This document shows positions 21,609-30,441 of a DNA stretch of 36,367 nucleotides, piece by piece; position 1 is the stretch's first letter, and every line of letters starts with the position of its first letter. The stretch covers positions 1 through 36,367 of the forward strand of contig JAFOXU010000018.1 of assembly GCA_017425725.1 (NCBI GenBank), read 5' to 3'. A model generated the notes under the pieces. It was not told where the DNA came from, did no database searches, and saw only the letters and a list, made by a program, of their open reading frames with translations. The DNA is from Alphaproteobacteria bacterium (lineage in GTDB: Bacteria; Pseudomonadota; Alphaproteobacteria; Rs-D84). Both the position numbers and the translations under genes were made by a program.

Positions 21609-22505
21609 TTATCTTGTTCTTTGATTTAATGTTGCCGTCTGTGCTTTTCCTATAACCATTTGTGGTATCGTAGTTATCTTAATATCTGGTATTATCTGGT
21701 AACCTTTATCTTTTGTTGCAATACAGCGCAAATTTACTTCACCAAATCCCGACATTGCTGTATGGTTGTAAAATCTTTCTGCAAAGTTCGCATTGTAATC
21801 GATTGTGCGTCCTTTCTGATAAGATGGTGTTTCAATACACTGACGGTTTTTAAGCACAACATCACCATTTTTGTCTATATGCATAACTGGTGCAGAATAA
21901 TCAACCAATGCGTTGTGTTTATGGCCCAGCCATAACAAATCTGCATTGATACCCTTTGCCAATGCACCAAAATCTAACATGCCCTTGGTTGCTGGTGCAG
22001 AACCACCACATCCATGGTGTGCATAAATATCATAATGTGTTTCGCGTCTATTTGATGGTTCTTTGAATGTAAAACGCAAGAAATTCGCATAGTTCCCATA
22101 CAATATTTTATGTTCTTGGCCCATATTCAACATCGTGGTTATCATTTCCAACACGTCCAGGCCGTTGTATTTCATAATGCTTTCTTCGTGGTTACCACGA
22201 CCAATAAACAAGATGTTCTTCTGGTATGGCTTCAAAAACTCAAATGCTTCGTTTAACTTAACGTTTAACTGGTTATCAGTATTGGTAATATGATGGGCAG
22301 TTGCTCGCTTTCTGTCGCCAAGTATAATCATATCAAAAAAATCGCCATTGATTAAAATATACCGCCCATCTTTCAAACAGAAATCAAGATGTTTTTTAAG
22401 CGTTTCGCGATCACAATCCGGGCTATCAAAATGTACATCGCTGAATAATGCTAACTTTATTATTTTACCTGTTTTTGCTGTCGTGATCCAACTAAACGCT
22501 TTCAT
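21609..22505 (-). CDS. Calcineurin-like metallophosphoesterase
   Basis: All five motifs occur in order: DVH, GDFFD, GNHE, HHG, GHKH. The ATG at 22505 with a GGAGGA SD is preferred over the track start. Confidence 0.8.
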   Translation of the reverse strand: MKAFSWITTAKTGKIIKLALFSDVHFDSPDCDRETLKKHLDFCLKDGRYILINGDFFDMIILGDRKRATAHHITNTDNQLNVKLNEAFEFLKPYQKNILFIGRGNHEESIMKYNGLDVLEMITTMLNMGQEHKILYGNYANFLRFTFKEPSNRRETHYDIYAHHGCGGSAPATKGMLDFGALAKGINADLLWLGHKHNALVDYSAPVMHIDKNGDVVLKNRQCIETPSYQKGRTIDYNANFAERFYNHTAMSGFGEVNLRCIATKDKGYQIIPDIKITTIPQMVIGKAQTATLNQRTR

Positions 22506-22528
22506 ATTATTTATCCTCCATATTTTGA

Positions 22529-22870
22529 TTATCTTGCTTTTGTGCAACTATTTTGCATAATGCACCATGTACATGGGTTCATCTTGTACGATTCCCAGTT
22601 TTCAAGTGTTTTTCTGCAAAATTCTCTATCCGCGACTCTTATGTCATACCATTGGATTGCATATGACACGCGGTCAAACTTTCTCTCTTCCCATTGGCAC
22701 GGCTTTAAATTGCTTTTGATCTCGTTAATAACCTTGTGTGCCGGAAATATGTTTTGTATTGTTGTGTGAAAATGTGGTGGTATTTTGCTTTGTGGAAAAT
22801 AATGTTCTCTGCTAAATCTGCCCTTTGGTATTGGTAATCCTGATAAAAAACAAATATGTTCCTGCTTCAT
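22529..22870 (-). CDS. HNH endonuclease
   Basis: C..SG...REHYFPQS...N.FPAHKVINEIKSN fits the HNH core. ATG at 22870 with a GGGGGA SD. Confidence 0.65.
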   Translation of the reverse strand: MKQEHICFLSGLPIPKGRFSREHYFPQSKIPPHFHTTIQNIFPAHKVINEIKSNLKPCQWEERKFDRVSYAIQWYDIRVADREFCRKTLENWESYKMNPCTWCIMQNSCTKAR

Positions 22871-22871
22871 G

Positions 22872-23132
22872 TTATTCCCCCAATTTTGCACCGTATTCTT
22901 TGTCGCCCAATTTAACGGACACTTTCTTGTTTTCGCGCCATACTTCGAATGCCCAAAGTGTTACCCCGGTTATGCATCCGCAACACCCGACAATCGCTGC
23001 TGGCCATGTATGTATGTCGCCAACCCCCATATACAAACGCCATACCAGGTTCACGATGATTGATAAAAATCCAACCACGCGTGCATATGAATATTCGTTA
23101 TTTGCGTCTTTTAACCACACGATGTTTGCCAT
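22872..23132 (-). CDS. Holin-like protein with two TM segments, 86 aa
   Basis: TM1 is VVGFLSIIVNLVWRLYMGV and TM2 is WPAAIVGCCGCITGVTLWAF. The C-terminus is charged. Confidence 0.45.
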   Translation of the reverse strand: MANIVWLKDANNEYSYARVVGFLSIIVNLVWRLYMGVGDIHTWPAAIVGCCGCITGVTLWAFEVWRENKKVSVKLGDKEYGAKLGE

Positions 23133-23388
23133 GTTTTTTGTCCTTTTCTTCTTGCCATTTACTTACGCGTTCACAGATATATGAATTACCACCGCGTTTA
23201 CGGTATTCGTCATATAAACTCATGATTGTTTGATCATCATCAGGGTTTGATTGAATGTTCTGCATAATTTCTACACGGCGCAGACGCATGTGCATGCCAT
23301 CCCTGTGTTCTTTGATAATCTGTAAAATAAATAAAACTGTTGGCGCGACAACTGATGATATAAGCGCAACACTTACTGAATCTGACAT
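23098..23388 (-). CDS. Membrane-anchored protein, 96 aa (N-terminal TM, basic C-terminus); possible holin/antiholin partner
   Basis: AGGAGG SD. TM segment VALISSVVAPTVLFILQII. First gene after a terminator. Confidence 0.55.
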   Translation of the reverse strand: MSDSVSVALISSVVAPTVLFILQIIKEHRDGMHMRLRRVEIMQNIQSNPDDDQTIMSLYDEYRKRGGNSYICERVSKWQEEKDKKHGKHRVVKRRK

Positions 23389-23403
23389 TTGTTCCTCCTA
23401 ATT

Positions 23404-23431
23404 AAAAACCGGCCTTATAAAGACCGGTTTT
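23404..23431 (-). terminator. Intrinsic terminator ending the tail-fibre operon
   Basis: aaaaccgg.c...g.ccggtttt hairpin, followed on the minus RNA by UUUUUAAUU. It lies 10 nt after the 66-aa gene stop. Confidence 0.6.
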
Positions 23432-23440
23432 CCTGACGGC

Positions 23441-23641
23441 TTATTTTTTACCGCCTTTCTTTTTTCCACCGCATGGCATTTTGGCCTCCTTTTTTAGCAG
23501 TTTGTTAAGTGTTCGAAAAATTATGTTTTCCTTGAACGTGTTTCGTTCTTCAAATTCAGCACGTTTGCCGATATTAAAGTTCGATATTGGGCGGATATAG
23601 CCCATCGAGCGACTAAAAGTTTCACATTTTTGTCTTGGCAT
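23441..23641 (-). CDS. Stand-alone NrdD C-terminal (glycyl-radical) domain-like peptide, 66 aa
   Basis: SRSMGYIRPISNFNIGKRAEFEERNTF against E. coli NrdD TRRVCGYLGSPDARPFNAGKQEEVKRRVKH. The R..GY, FN.GK, E and R positions are conserved. Confidence 0.55.
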   Translation of the reverse strand: MPRQKCETFSRSMGYIRPISNFNIGKRAEFEERNTFKENIIFRTLNKLLKKEAKMPCGGKKKGGKK

Positions 23642-23651
23642 ATTATTCTCC

Positions 23652-24002
23652 TTAGTCTGTTATTGGGTCGGTTGGATAAGGATAGCGTTCCTTAATTTCT
23701 TCAACCTTTGCATCACGTTCGGCAATTAACTCCGCAATTTCTGCGGTAATTTCTTCCGTTTGTTCCGCATCACGCAGACGGCTGATATGCGAAGTGATTG
23801 GGTCAACTTCCGCCTGATAAGCCCTTGCACGTGCTTCTTTCTGCTCTTCCTTTGTTGGTGCTGGTACAGGTGGCACTTCTTTGATTTCGTATCTGCGTTC
23901 ACCAATTACATCAATAAATGCGTTATTAGCATTACACCAAATTGCTGCTGCTGGCGGATATAGACCTTCAAAGATTTGACCGATGTAAAATTCTTCTTTC
24001 AT
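23652..24002 (-). CDS. Tail-fibre assembly/chaperone-like protein, 116 aa
   Basis: Directly downstream of two fibre genes. Pro-rich linker followed by a charged helix. Same architecture as the 118-aa gene at 34032. Confidence 0.45.
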   Translation of the reverse strand: MKEEFYIGQIFEGLYPPAAAIWCNANNAFIDVIGERRYEIKEVPPVPAPTKEEQKEARARAYQAEVDPITSHISRLRDAEQTEEITAEIAELIAERDAKVEEIKERYPYPTDPITD

Positions 24003-24032
24003 AATTTTTCCTTTTTGTTAATTGTTAGTTTT

Positions 24033-25109
24033 TTATGCTGCTATACCTTTAACTTCCCACCAAACATCCATATTCGCACTCGCTGAATTAAATTGCCCTA
24101 ACCGAACTTGTGTTGTTGTTCCTGCATTGGCACTAACAGTGCTATTTGCACCAAAAGTTCCAGAAGAATTAACTTGGTTGCTTCCTGCTTGCGCAATATA
24201 ATCAGTATTTGCCATAACTACTGGTAAAGTTATAAGACCCTTAGAATTATGTGCTATTTGTATTTTCTTCTGTCCTTGCTCGACCCAGCCATCACTATAT
24301 TTTCTGTACCACGTATAGTTATTTCCAGCAGTTGGGTCTTGTTTTTCGACAATATGTGCAAATGTAGCATTACTTCCGTCCAAATCAACCTTGTTGTTAA
24401 ACAAACTTGCATTCAACCCAGCGGTGTTTTCCAGTGCTGTCTGTGTAAAGTTGCCTACGTAGAAATACAGATACTGTTCTGTGGCACGCTGTTGAACTGG
24501 TGCGTCGTCTTGATATGCCGAAGACTGTAACGAAGCGTTTAATTTACTTGGCCCTGTACCAACCCAGCTTCCACCACCGAGTCCAGCACTATTTGATACT
24601 GTTCTTTGTATTGCCCCTTCTGTATATATTTTTTGTGAATCATTTAACCAAGAAAAAATAGACGCATTTCCACTCGTAATATTCGGCAAACTTTCTGGCA
24701 CGTACTTCCCAACACTATCTCTTAAACCAACAAATCCATACTTTGTTCTTGGTAACTTAAAGCGTTGATTCACTGTGTCAATGATGTAATACCACGCCAT
24801 ACCTGTCGCGTTGTATATACTTACAACATTGCTTTCTTGTGAATCTGGGCAAATCTTGTGTCCATCGTCTGCAAGATAAAACTGCACTGTAATACCAGAT
24901 ATTGTTTCACTCGATAAACTCTTTCCGCTGATGTCGGATTCCAAGTGGTCGTATGCTGCTTCATACACGCCACCGTCTTGCCAAGAAAACGTATCGGCAC
25001 GAAGCCAAGATACATCATTAAGCAAGTGGTCAGCCCACTTATGGTCGAACAAATCAGGATGATAATTTATATGTCCTGCAATTACTTTATTCCCTTGTCT
25101 TATACTCAT
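24033..25109 (-). CDS. Tail fibre / receptor-binding protein 2, 358 aa
   Basis: The C-terminal module NNYTWYRKYSDGWVEQG...VWWEVKGIAA is homologous to the C-terminus of the 937-aa fibre. Confidence 0.7.
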   Translation of the reverse strand: MSIRQGNKVIAGHINYHPDLFDHKWADHLLNDVSWLRADTFSWQDGGVYEAAYDHLESDISGKSLSSETISGITVQFYLADDGHKICPDSQESNVVSIYNATGMAWYYIIDTVNQRFKLPRTKYGFVGLRDSVGKYVPESLPNITSGNASIFSWLNDSQKIYTEGAIQRTVSNSAGLGGGSWVGTGPSKLNASLQSSAYQDDAPVQQRATEQYLYFYVGNFTQTALENTAGLNASLFNNKVDLDGSNATFAHIVEKQDPTAGNNYTWYRKYSDGWVEQGQKKIQIAHNSKGLITLPVVMANTDYIAQAGSNQVNSSGTFGANSTVSANAGTTTQVRLGQFNSASANMDVWWEVKGIAA

Positions 25110-25120
25110 AATTTACTCCC

Positions 25121-27934
25121 TTATGCCGCCATACCTTTAACTTCCCAAACAGATGTTAATGCGTATAAATTGTTTGCACCATAACCTGTCACGTACGTTG
25201 TTCCTGTTGTTGTGCGTGTTCCGAATTTTATCCAATTCACATTTTGGTCTGTATTTCCATATACATGTCCATTTATATAATATTTAGAATTGGCCATTGT
25301 GACAGGAAAGTTTATTGCAGCACTAGACGATGACCCAGAAACCTTTCCGCCTTGTTCAATCCAACCGTCTGCGTACTTGCGATACCAAGTATAGTTGTTA
25401 GCGCTTGTCGGTTCTTGAAATTCTATTACTTGATGTCCTTTCTGCACAAACAGGTTGTTGCACTGGCTTTGTGTATATGCCTGATATGCCGTGGCTTCTT
25501 GGTCGTCTGTGATATAGCACACCCAATCAGGATGGTTTGTCGCTACATCTTGAGTTGTGTATTCTGCCAATGTGCCAACCCAATCATAAACAGGGTTTGT
25601 TGCACCAATAGCAGTATTTGCATTTATAGTTGCAACTGCTTGAAGTTGGTTGCTTCCATTTTTTGTAATAGTGCTGTTATCAATATCAACCGAACCACCA
25701 CCACCTGCATCCAAAGCAATCGTATCGCCACTGGCTTGGTTCAATGTGAACGAACCCTTGGTTACGCCACCTTGTGTGATAGTAATTGTAGGGTTATTTA
25801 CAGTTGGTATTGTTGGTGTTCCGCTCAAATCAGAATATGCGCCAGTAGAAGCAACCGTTGCCAGAGAGCAGGCTGTGGCCGTTCCGTCTGATGCAACATA
25901 TATAGGCTGTGTTGAAGAACCAACCGCTGTGGATGGTGTATGCTTTACAGCATTATTATTAAAGAAATCTCTACGAACCGCACAACTTGCGTGTGAAGAA
26001 GTTGCTGGAATAAGTAATAATTTAGAAGTTCCATTAGCAATCATTAAAAGGTTATTCTGCGGTGCGGTGGGGTCGCTTCCTGCACCAGCTAAAAACCCTG
26101 TCCAGCCATCGCTCGTTTGTATTGCTGAAAACTTTGCAATATTAACGTCGCTATCGTCTGTAAATTCTATTGAATTAAAATGATTTGATGAAGGATTTGT
26201 TCCTTTGTGTAAATTATCGCCTTTTAAGGTTAAAGCTGTTAAACTTGCACTAACAGAATCTGTGTTTTCAAATGTCTTTGCACCAGTAATAGTTTCTGTG
26301 CCTGTTTTATGAACTACATCAGTATTGTTTGCAGGTGTATAACCAAGTGCTGTTGTCACATCGCCCGAAGTAATTCCTGTGATATATCCTGCACCATTAG
26401 TTAAGTCGTTTGTGTCTGTTGGCACGCTTATATTTGCCGTCACAGCCGAACTAGCATTCGCAGTAAATGTTGCTACGTTTGTGCCATTCTTTTGTATTGT
26501 TAAAGTAGCGTCATTGACCGTTGGTATTGTTGGTTTGTTAAACAAATCGTCATAATCGCCTGTGGTGGCTACCGTGGCTAAATCGCCCGGTTGAACTGCT
26601 GTATCTGCTAATGCACCTTGTGCTGATGTTGCATAGGATGTGCTTGCTGTGTATGCTGCACTACCTAAACCATAAACAGCCACGTCTGCACTTGTTCCAT
26701 TTGTATTTACAGATATTGTTCCGTTTGTTGAACCTGTGGAAACACTACGAACACCACTATTTGTGAAATTTGTTCCGGTTAGTGTTATACCATCGCTACC
26801 AGTATATGTTGTATCTGTTGCAGATATAGTTGTTCCACTGATTGTGATATTGCTACCTGCTGTCAATGCGTCTTGCTTAGCGTTCCATGTTGTAATATCG
26901 CTTGATGTTACAAACTTATTTGTGCTTGTGCTATCGTCAACCAAATCAGCATCCAACATGTTGTTTACTGTGATTTCTGTTTGTAAACCAGACACCAAAT
27001 CAGCAACACTGAAACGAATTGTTGAACCGTCTTGCAATGTTAATACAACTTCTTTGGTTGCGCTATCGTATGATCCGCTTACAACAACAGATTCTAATGG
27101 CAAATCAATCGTTTGTGCTGTGCCGATATTATTACCATCCTGATCTTTTAATTGCAATGTCACAACGTATGTTGAACTGTTAATTGTCATTGAAACATTG
27201 GCTGTATATTTTGTTGAATCGGGCAATGCATTAACATCTGCCGCTGTTGTTGGAACAGTAATGTTTATCGTCTTATTGCTTGTTGCATTTGCTGTAAAAC
27301 TATCAACCGTTGTGCCATTTTTCTGAATTGTTAGTGTTGCATCTCCGATTGTTGGTTTGTTAATTAAATCTGTGTAAGATCCAGATGTTGCAACTGTCGC
27401 TAAATCTGCTATGTTTGCTTTAAGATCCAACGCACTCTGTGTTGCTGTGCTGATTGGCTTATCTAAATCACTTGTGTTATCTACATTACCTAAACCAACC
27501 TGTGTTTTTGTCACTTGGTGCGGATTGTTTGTATCGGCAATATGATTATCCATTGTGCCTTTATTATCTGTAATCTGGTCTTGCAAACCATCGTCAGCAT
27601 CGGCACGTAATTGTGCTTCGGCATCAACTGCATCTGTTATGTATTGTGTTAAATCTGTTTGGTCTGTTATATCGCCGACAATGTCACCCCAATGTGCGAT
27701 CACGTCACTTACATACGGCAAATCGTTCCAGTATGTAACACCGTCACCGGCTTTAACACGGTGTGTATCTGCTTCTATACCAAATTCCCCACGTTGCAAT
27801 AATGGGTTTTTGTCTGCCCATACTGCTGCATCAAAAAATGGGTTTCTTAATCTGCGATAACGTCTGCTTGGGCCTTGTACAGAACCAAAGCGTGTCATCG
27901 GCTTTTCTTCATAACTATTATGCTTTTGTGCCAT
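25121..27934 (-). CDS. Long tail fibre, 937 aa (ATG at 27934; the track's GTG at 27946 would add 4 aa)
   Basis: N-terminal NP.LQRGEFGIEADTHRVKAGDGVTYWNDLPY fibre-anchor motif. Three internal ATVA(T/S)(T/S)G.Y.DL...PTI repeats. C-terminal YTWYRKYADGWIEQGG module. Confidence 0.85.
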   Translation of the reverse strand: MAQKHNSYEEKPMTRFGSVQGPSRRYRRLRNPFFDAAVWADKNPLLQRGEFGIEADTHRVKAGDGVTYWNDLPYVSDVIAHWGDIVGDITDQTDLTQYITDAVDAEAQLRADADDGLQDQITDNKGTMDNHIADTNNPHQVTKTQVGLGNVDNTSDLDKPISTATQSALDLKANIADLATVATSGSYTDLINKPTIGDATLTIQKNGTTVDSFTANATSNKTINITVPTTAADVNALPDSTKYTANVSMTINSSTYVVTLQLKDQDGNNIGTAQTIDLPLESVVVSGSYDSATKEVVLTLQDGSTIRFSVADLVSGLQTEITVNNMLDADLVDDSTSTNKFVTSSDITTWNAKQDALTAGSNITISGTTISATDTTYTGSDGITLTGTNFTNSGVRSVSTGSTNGTISVNTNGTSADVAVYGLGSAAYTASTSYATSAQGALADTAVQPGDLATVATTGDYDDLFNKPTIPTVNDATLTIQKNGTNVATFTANASSAVTANISVPTDTNDLTNGAGYITGITSGDVTTALGYTPANNTDVVHKTGTETITGAKTFENTDSVSASLTALTLKGDNLHKGTNPSSNHFNSIEFTDDSDVNIAKFSAIQTSDGWTGFLAGAGSDPTAPQNNLLMIANGTSKLLLIPATSSHASCAVRRDFFNNNAVKHTPSTAVGSSTQPIYVASDGTATACSLATVASTGAYSDLSGTPTIPTVNNPTITITQGGVTKGSFTLNQASGDTIALDAGGGGSVDIDNSTITKNGSNQLQAVATINANTAIGATNPVYDWVGTLAEYTTQDVATNHPDWVCYITDDQEATAYQAYTQSQCNNLFVQKGHQVIEFQEPTSANNYTWYRKYADGWIEQGGKVSGSSSSAAINFPVTMANSKYYINGHVYGNTDQNVNWIKFGTRTTTGTTYVTGYGANNLYALTSVWEVKGMAA

Positions 27935-27935
27935 T

Positions 27936-28490
27936 TTACAACTCACTGTTTATCCATGCGTCAATATCGTCATCGTCAACGTCAATATCAACGGGTTCCG
28001 TTTCTTCATCTGGTTCGTACCTCTGTGCATGTTCAATTTCTTGCCAACACATCTCGGCTAATATTCCCCAGTACTTATGCTCTATGTCTTTTTGGTGTTT
28101 GTTTTTAAAATTCTGTAAAACTTGCCTGATCACACTATCTATGTACGGCAAATCTAAATATCCCTTTAATTCCCACAGGGTGCGCATTAACGATAATCGC
28201 AATACCACAACCATATCTTGCATATCGGACTGGCTGTGTTGCTCTCTGTATGCTTTTTTACGCAAATAACGTGCCAATATCTCGTCTAAAACGTCATTTT
28301 GCACTTTGTCTGCGTTTGTGTCGTTAAAATGTAGTAGCGATAATTGTAGCGATATAACGATATCGCTAATTGGTCGCAACTGTTCTTCGCCTTTGCGCCA
28401 GAAACGAAAAACACGCCGTAAATTACTGTCAGGCGTGTCTTTGTGAACCGCTATATCGTCCACATCCTGCGTTTTTATAATGAAAGTCAT
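27936..28490 (-). CDS. Hypothetical protein with strongly acidic C-terminal tail, 184 aa
   Basis: ORF coupled to its neighbours. The C-terminus is EPDEETEPVDIDVDDDDIDAW. Confidence 0.6.
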   Translation of the reverse strand: MTFIIKTQDVDDIAVHKDTPDSNLRRVFRFWRKGEEQLRPISDIVISLQLSLLHFNDTNADKVQNDVLDEILARYLRKKAYREQHSQSDMQDMVVVLRLSLMRTLWELKGYLDLPYIDSVIRQVLQNFKNKHQKDIEHKYWGILAEMCWQEIEHAQRYEPDEETEPVDIDVDDDDIDAWINSEL

Positions 28491-28795
28491 TTTTTACGCT
28501 TTGTTTCTTTTTTAATTGCCTTGTCTATGTGTTCTTGAACCACTGCTGGCTCAACTTTTTCTTTGATTTCCACATCATATGCACCGCTGTCTGCTTCTAA
28601 TCCGTACGGCTTTATTTTGCCATCTGCACGTGATTCCTGTGCGTCCTTGGTGTCGATACTGTCCACGACTTTAACCTTGGCCTGTATCTTGATGTGTCCA
28701 TCTTCGGCATATTCGCGTTTTTGTTCTTCTTCTATGCTCATGGCAACCGGCTTGACAGGCACGTCATAAACCTGCGTTTTTAATTTAACTTCCAT
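28487..28795 (-). CDS. Hypothetical charged protein, 102 aa
   Basis: ORF with ATGA-type overlap to the next gene, in the structural block. Confidence 0.55.
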   Translation of the reverse strand: MEVKLKTQVYDVPVKPVAMSIEEEQKREYAEDGHIKIQAKVKVVDSIDTKDAQESRADGKIKPYGLEADSGAYDVEIKEKVEPAVVQEHIDKAIKKETKRKK

Positions 28796-28818
28796 CGTTG
28801 TCTTCCTTTGGGTTAGTT

Positions 28819-30441
28819 TTATCTTTTTTGTAATGCGTCAAATATGCGCAAAATCGCATTAGTATTGCTTTCTGGCAATTTGCTTGCAATTTGTCCTAAC
28901 TTAAACGCAACTTCGCCTGATGCTCTTGGCGAAAACGCTGTTAACATTAACGGACTCATTGGATTTGCATTTAACGCTTTTGCGCCAAACGCTGCTGCAC
29001 CTGCACCTAATGCACGTACTGGATCTCTTGGTATCCATTGTTGTACTTGTTGACCTGCCACGGCATCCAATATCTTGCCACCAGATACCGCATCCAATAA
29101 TTTACCTAATTCTTGCTTACCGCCTTGTGCTGCCGCTACTGATTGACGTGTAATACCCTGAATCTTACGTAATTCTGTTGTTGGGTCTTTACTTGTTAAT
29201 GCACCCTTGACCGCATCAATAATCTTGCTTGATTTTGAAAAGTCACGTAATGCATCGGCATATTCTGGAACTGCTTCAACCATTGTGTCTTTCAATGCAT
29301 TTTGAATTGGCTTCAAGATACGCACTGCATTCTTTTCGCCCGATCTAGACAATGGTTCAATAATACCGTCTATTGCTTTCTTGGCTTCCATTGCATTGTT
29401 AAAAGTCCAACCACCACTGTATTTAACATTGGTCATTAAACGGTCAACTTTGTTTAATGCATCTGCCGCAACATCGTCAACACCTGCTGTAACCCCAGAT
29501 ATTTCACTTGTGGCATTTTTAAATGCGTCTTTGATTGCTGTTTCTGGTATTTTGAAATTACCGTCTTTTGGCAATGCTTTTTTAAATGCTTCACTACGCG
29601 ATCTTTCTAATGAACGTACTGCATTATCAACATCATCTACCACGTCATACACACCTGATTTGCCACGCATTGCATCTTTAAACACTTCGCTGTTACGTGT
29701 TCCTGCTTCATATGCACGTTTTAATGATTCCCCACCGGCACCACTGGTTTGTCCAACGATATGTGCTAAACCTTTACCTGCTTGTTTAACACCTTCTGCG
29801 ACCACAGGTATTGAACCACCAATAATCGCACCAGTTTTTCCTTGTTTTAATGCGTTTACTAAACGGTTTTCAAAACCGCCTTCGCCTTCACCAAAACCGT
29901 ATGCTGCGCCATATCCTGCACCTTGCAATGCGCCTTGTGCAATCTTTGATCCTAAACTTGCACCCTTTGCCACTGGCAACATACGTGATACCGGGTTTGC
30001 AATTGCACCAACCACATTATATGCAGTGCTTTTATATGGGTTATCTTTCACATATTGCTTTTGTTCTGCACGTATCTGTTCTACTGGTGTTCCTGTTAAT
30101 GCGCTTTCTATTTCATCGCCTGCGCCAAAAAACAAACCGTTACCAAATGCACGTAAACCGCCTTGTACTTGTTTCAAACCTTCTGTGGTTTCTGCTGCTT
30201 TTTTGGAACGCTCACTTGCTTCGTTAAAGGCCTGTTGTTGTGCTGCAAAACTGCCGTCTTTTTCAGATTCTAACATACGCGACAATTCGTCTTGGTTCGG
30301 TGTGCGAACTGCAACAATCTGGTCAAACGAAGAACCATTATCTGTTAAATATTTCTGGATAACTTCTTTTGGTGCGCCATTGTTACGCATAATTTCAGCG
30401 TTATAACGCAAAATTCCAACAGGTCTTTTATTGTTCATCAT
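28819..30441 (-). CDS. Internal virion / ejection-like protein, 540 aa
   Basis: Ala/Gly-rich with hydrophobic Gly-zipper segments (GAGYGAAYGFGEGEGGF, TGAIIGGSIPVV). Third gene after the portal, as in podovirus internal-protein sets. Confidence 0.6.
   Translation of the reverse strand: MMNNKRPVGILRYNAEIMRNNGAPKEVIQKYLTDNGSSFDQIVAVRTPNQDELSRMLESEKDGSFAAQQQAFNEASERSKKAAETTEGLKQVQGGLRAFGNGLFFGAGDEIESALTGTPVEQIRAEQKQYVKDNPYKSTAYNVVGAIANPVSRMLPVAKGASLGSKIAQGALQGAGYGAAYGFGEGEGGFENRLVNALKQGKTGAIIGGSIPVVAEGVKQAGKGLAHIVGQTSGAGGESLKRAYEAGTRNSEVFKDAMRGKSGVYDVVDDVDNAVRSLERSRSEAFKKALPKDGNFKIPETAIKDAFKNATSEISGVTAGVDDVAADALNKVDRLMTNVKYSGGWTFNNAMEAKKAIDGIIEPLSRSGEKNAVRILKPIQNALKDTMVEAVPEYADALRDFSKSSKIIDAVKGALTSKDPTTELRKIQGITRQSVAAAQGGKQELGKLLDAVSGGKILDAVAGQQVQQWIPRDPVRALGAGAAAFGAKALNANPMSPLMLTAFSPRASGEVAFKLGQIASKLPESNTNAILRIFDALQKR

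Noticed and set aside
25352-26183. Two plus-strand ORFs of 179 and 177 aa, plus 26736-27143 and 27555-28269
   Set aside because: All lie antisense within the long tail-fibre gene or the next gene. The fibre frame has clear fibre motifs. These ORFs have no start context and show Cys/Val-rich composition.
24033-27934. Diversity-generating retroelement acting on the fibre genes
   Set aside because: The N-terminal fibre motif resembles that seen in Mtd-type fibres. However, there is no reverse transcriptase gene and no template/variable repeat pair with adenine-specific differences.
29381-30406. 341-aa plus-strand ORF (and 28844-29153, 29850-30227)
   Set aside because: It is antisense to the 540-aa Ala/Gly-rich structural gene. 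The long open frame is a by-product of GCN/GGN codon bias on the coding strand. It has Ser/Pro/Ala/Leu low-complexity content and no SD.
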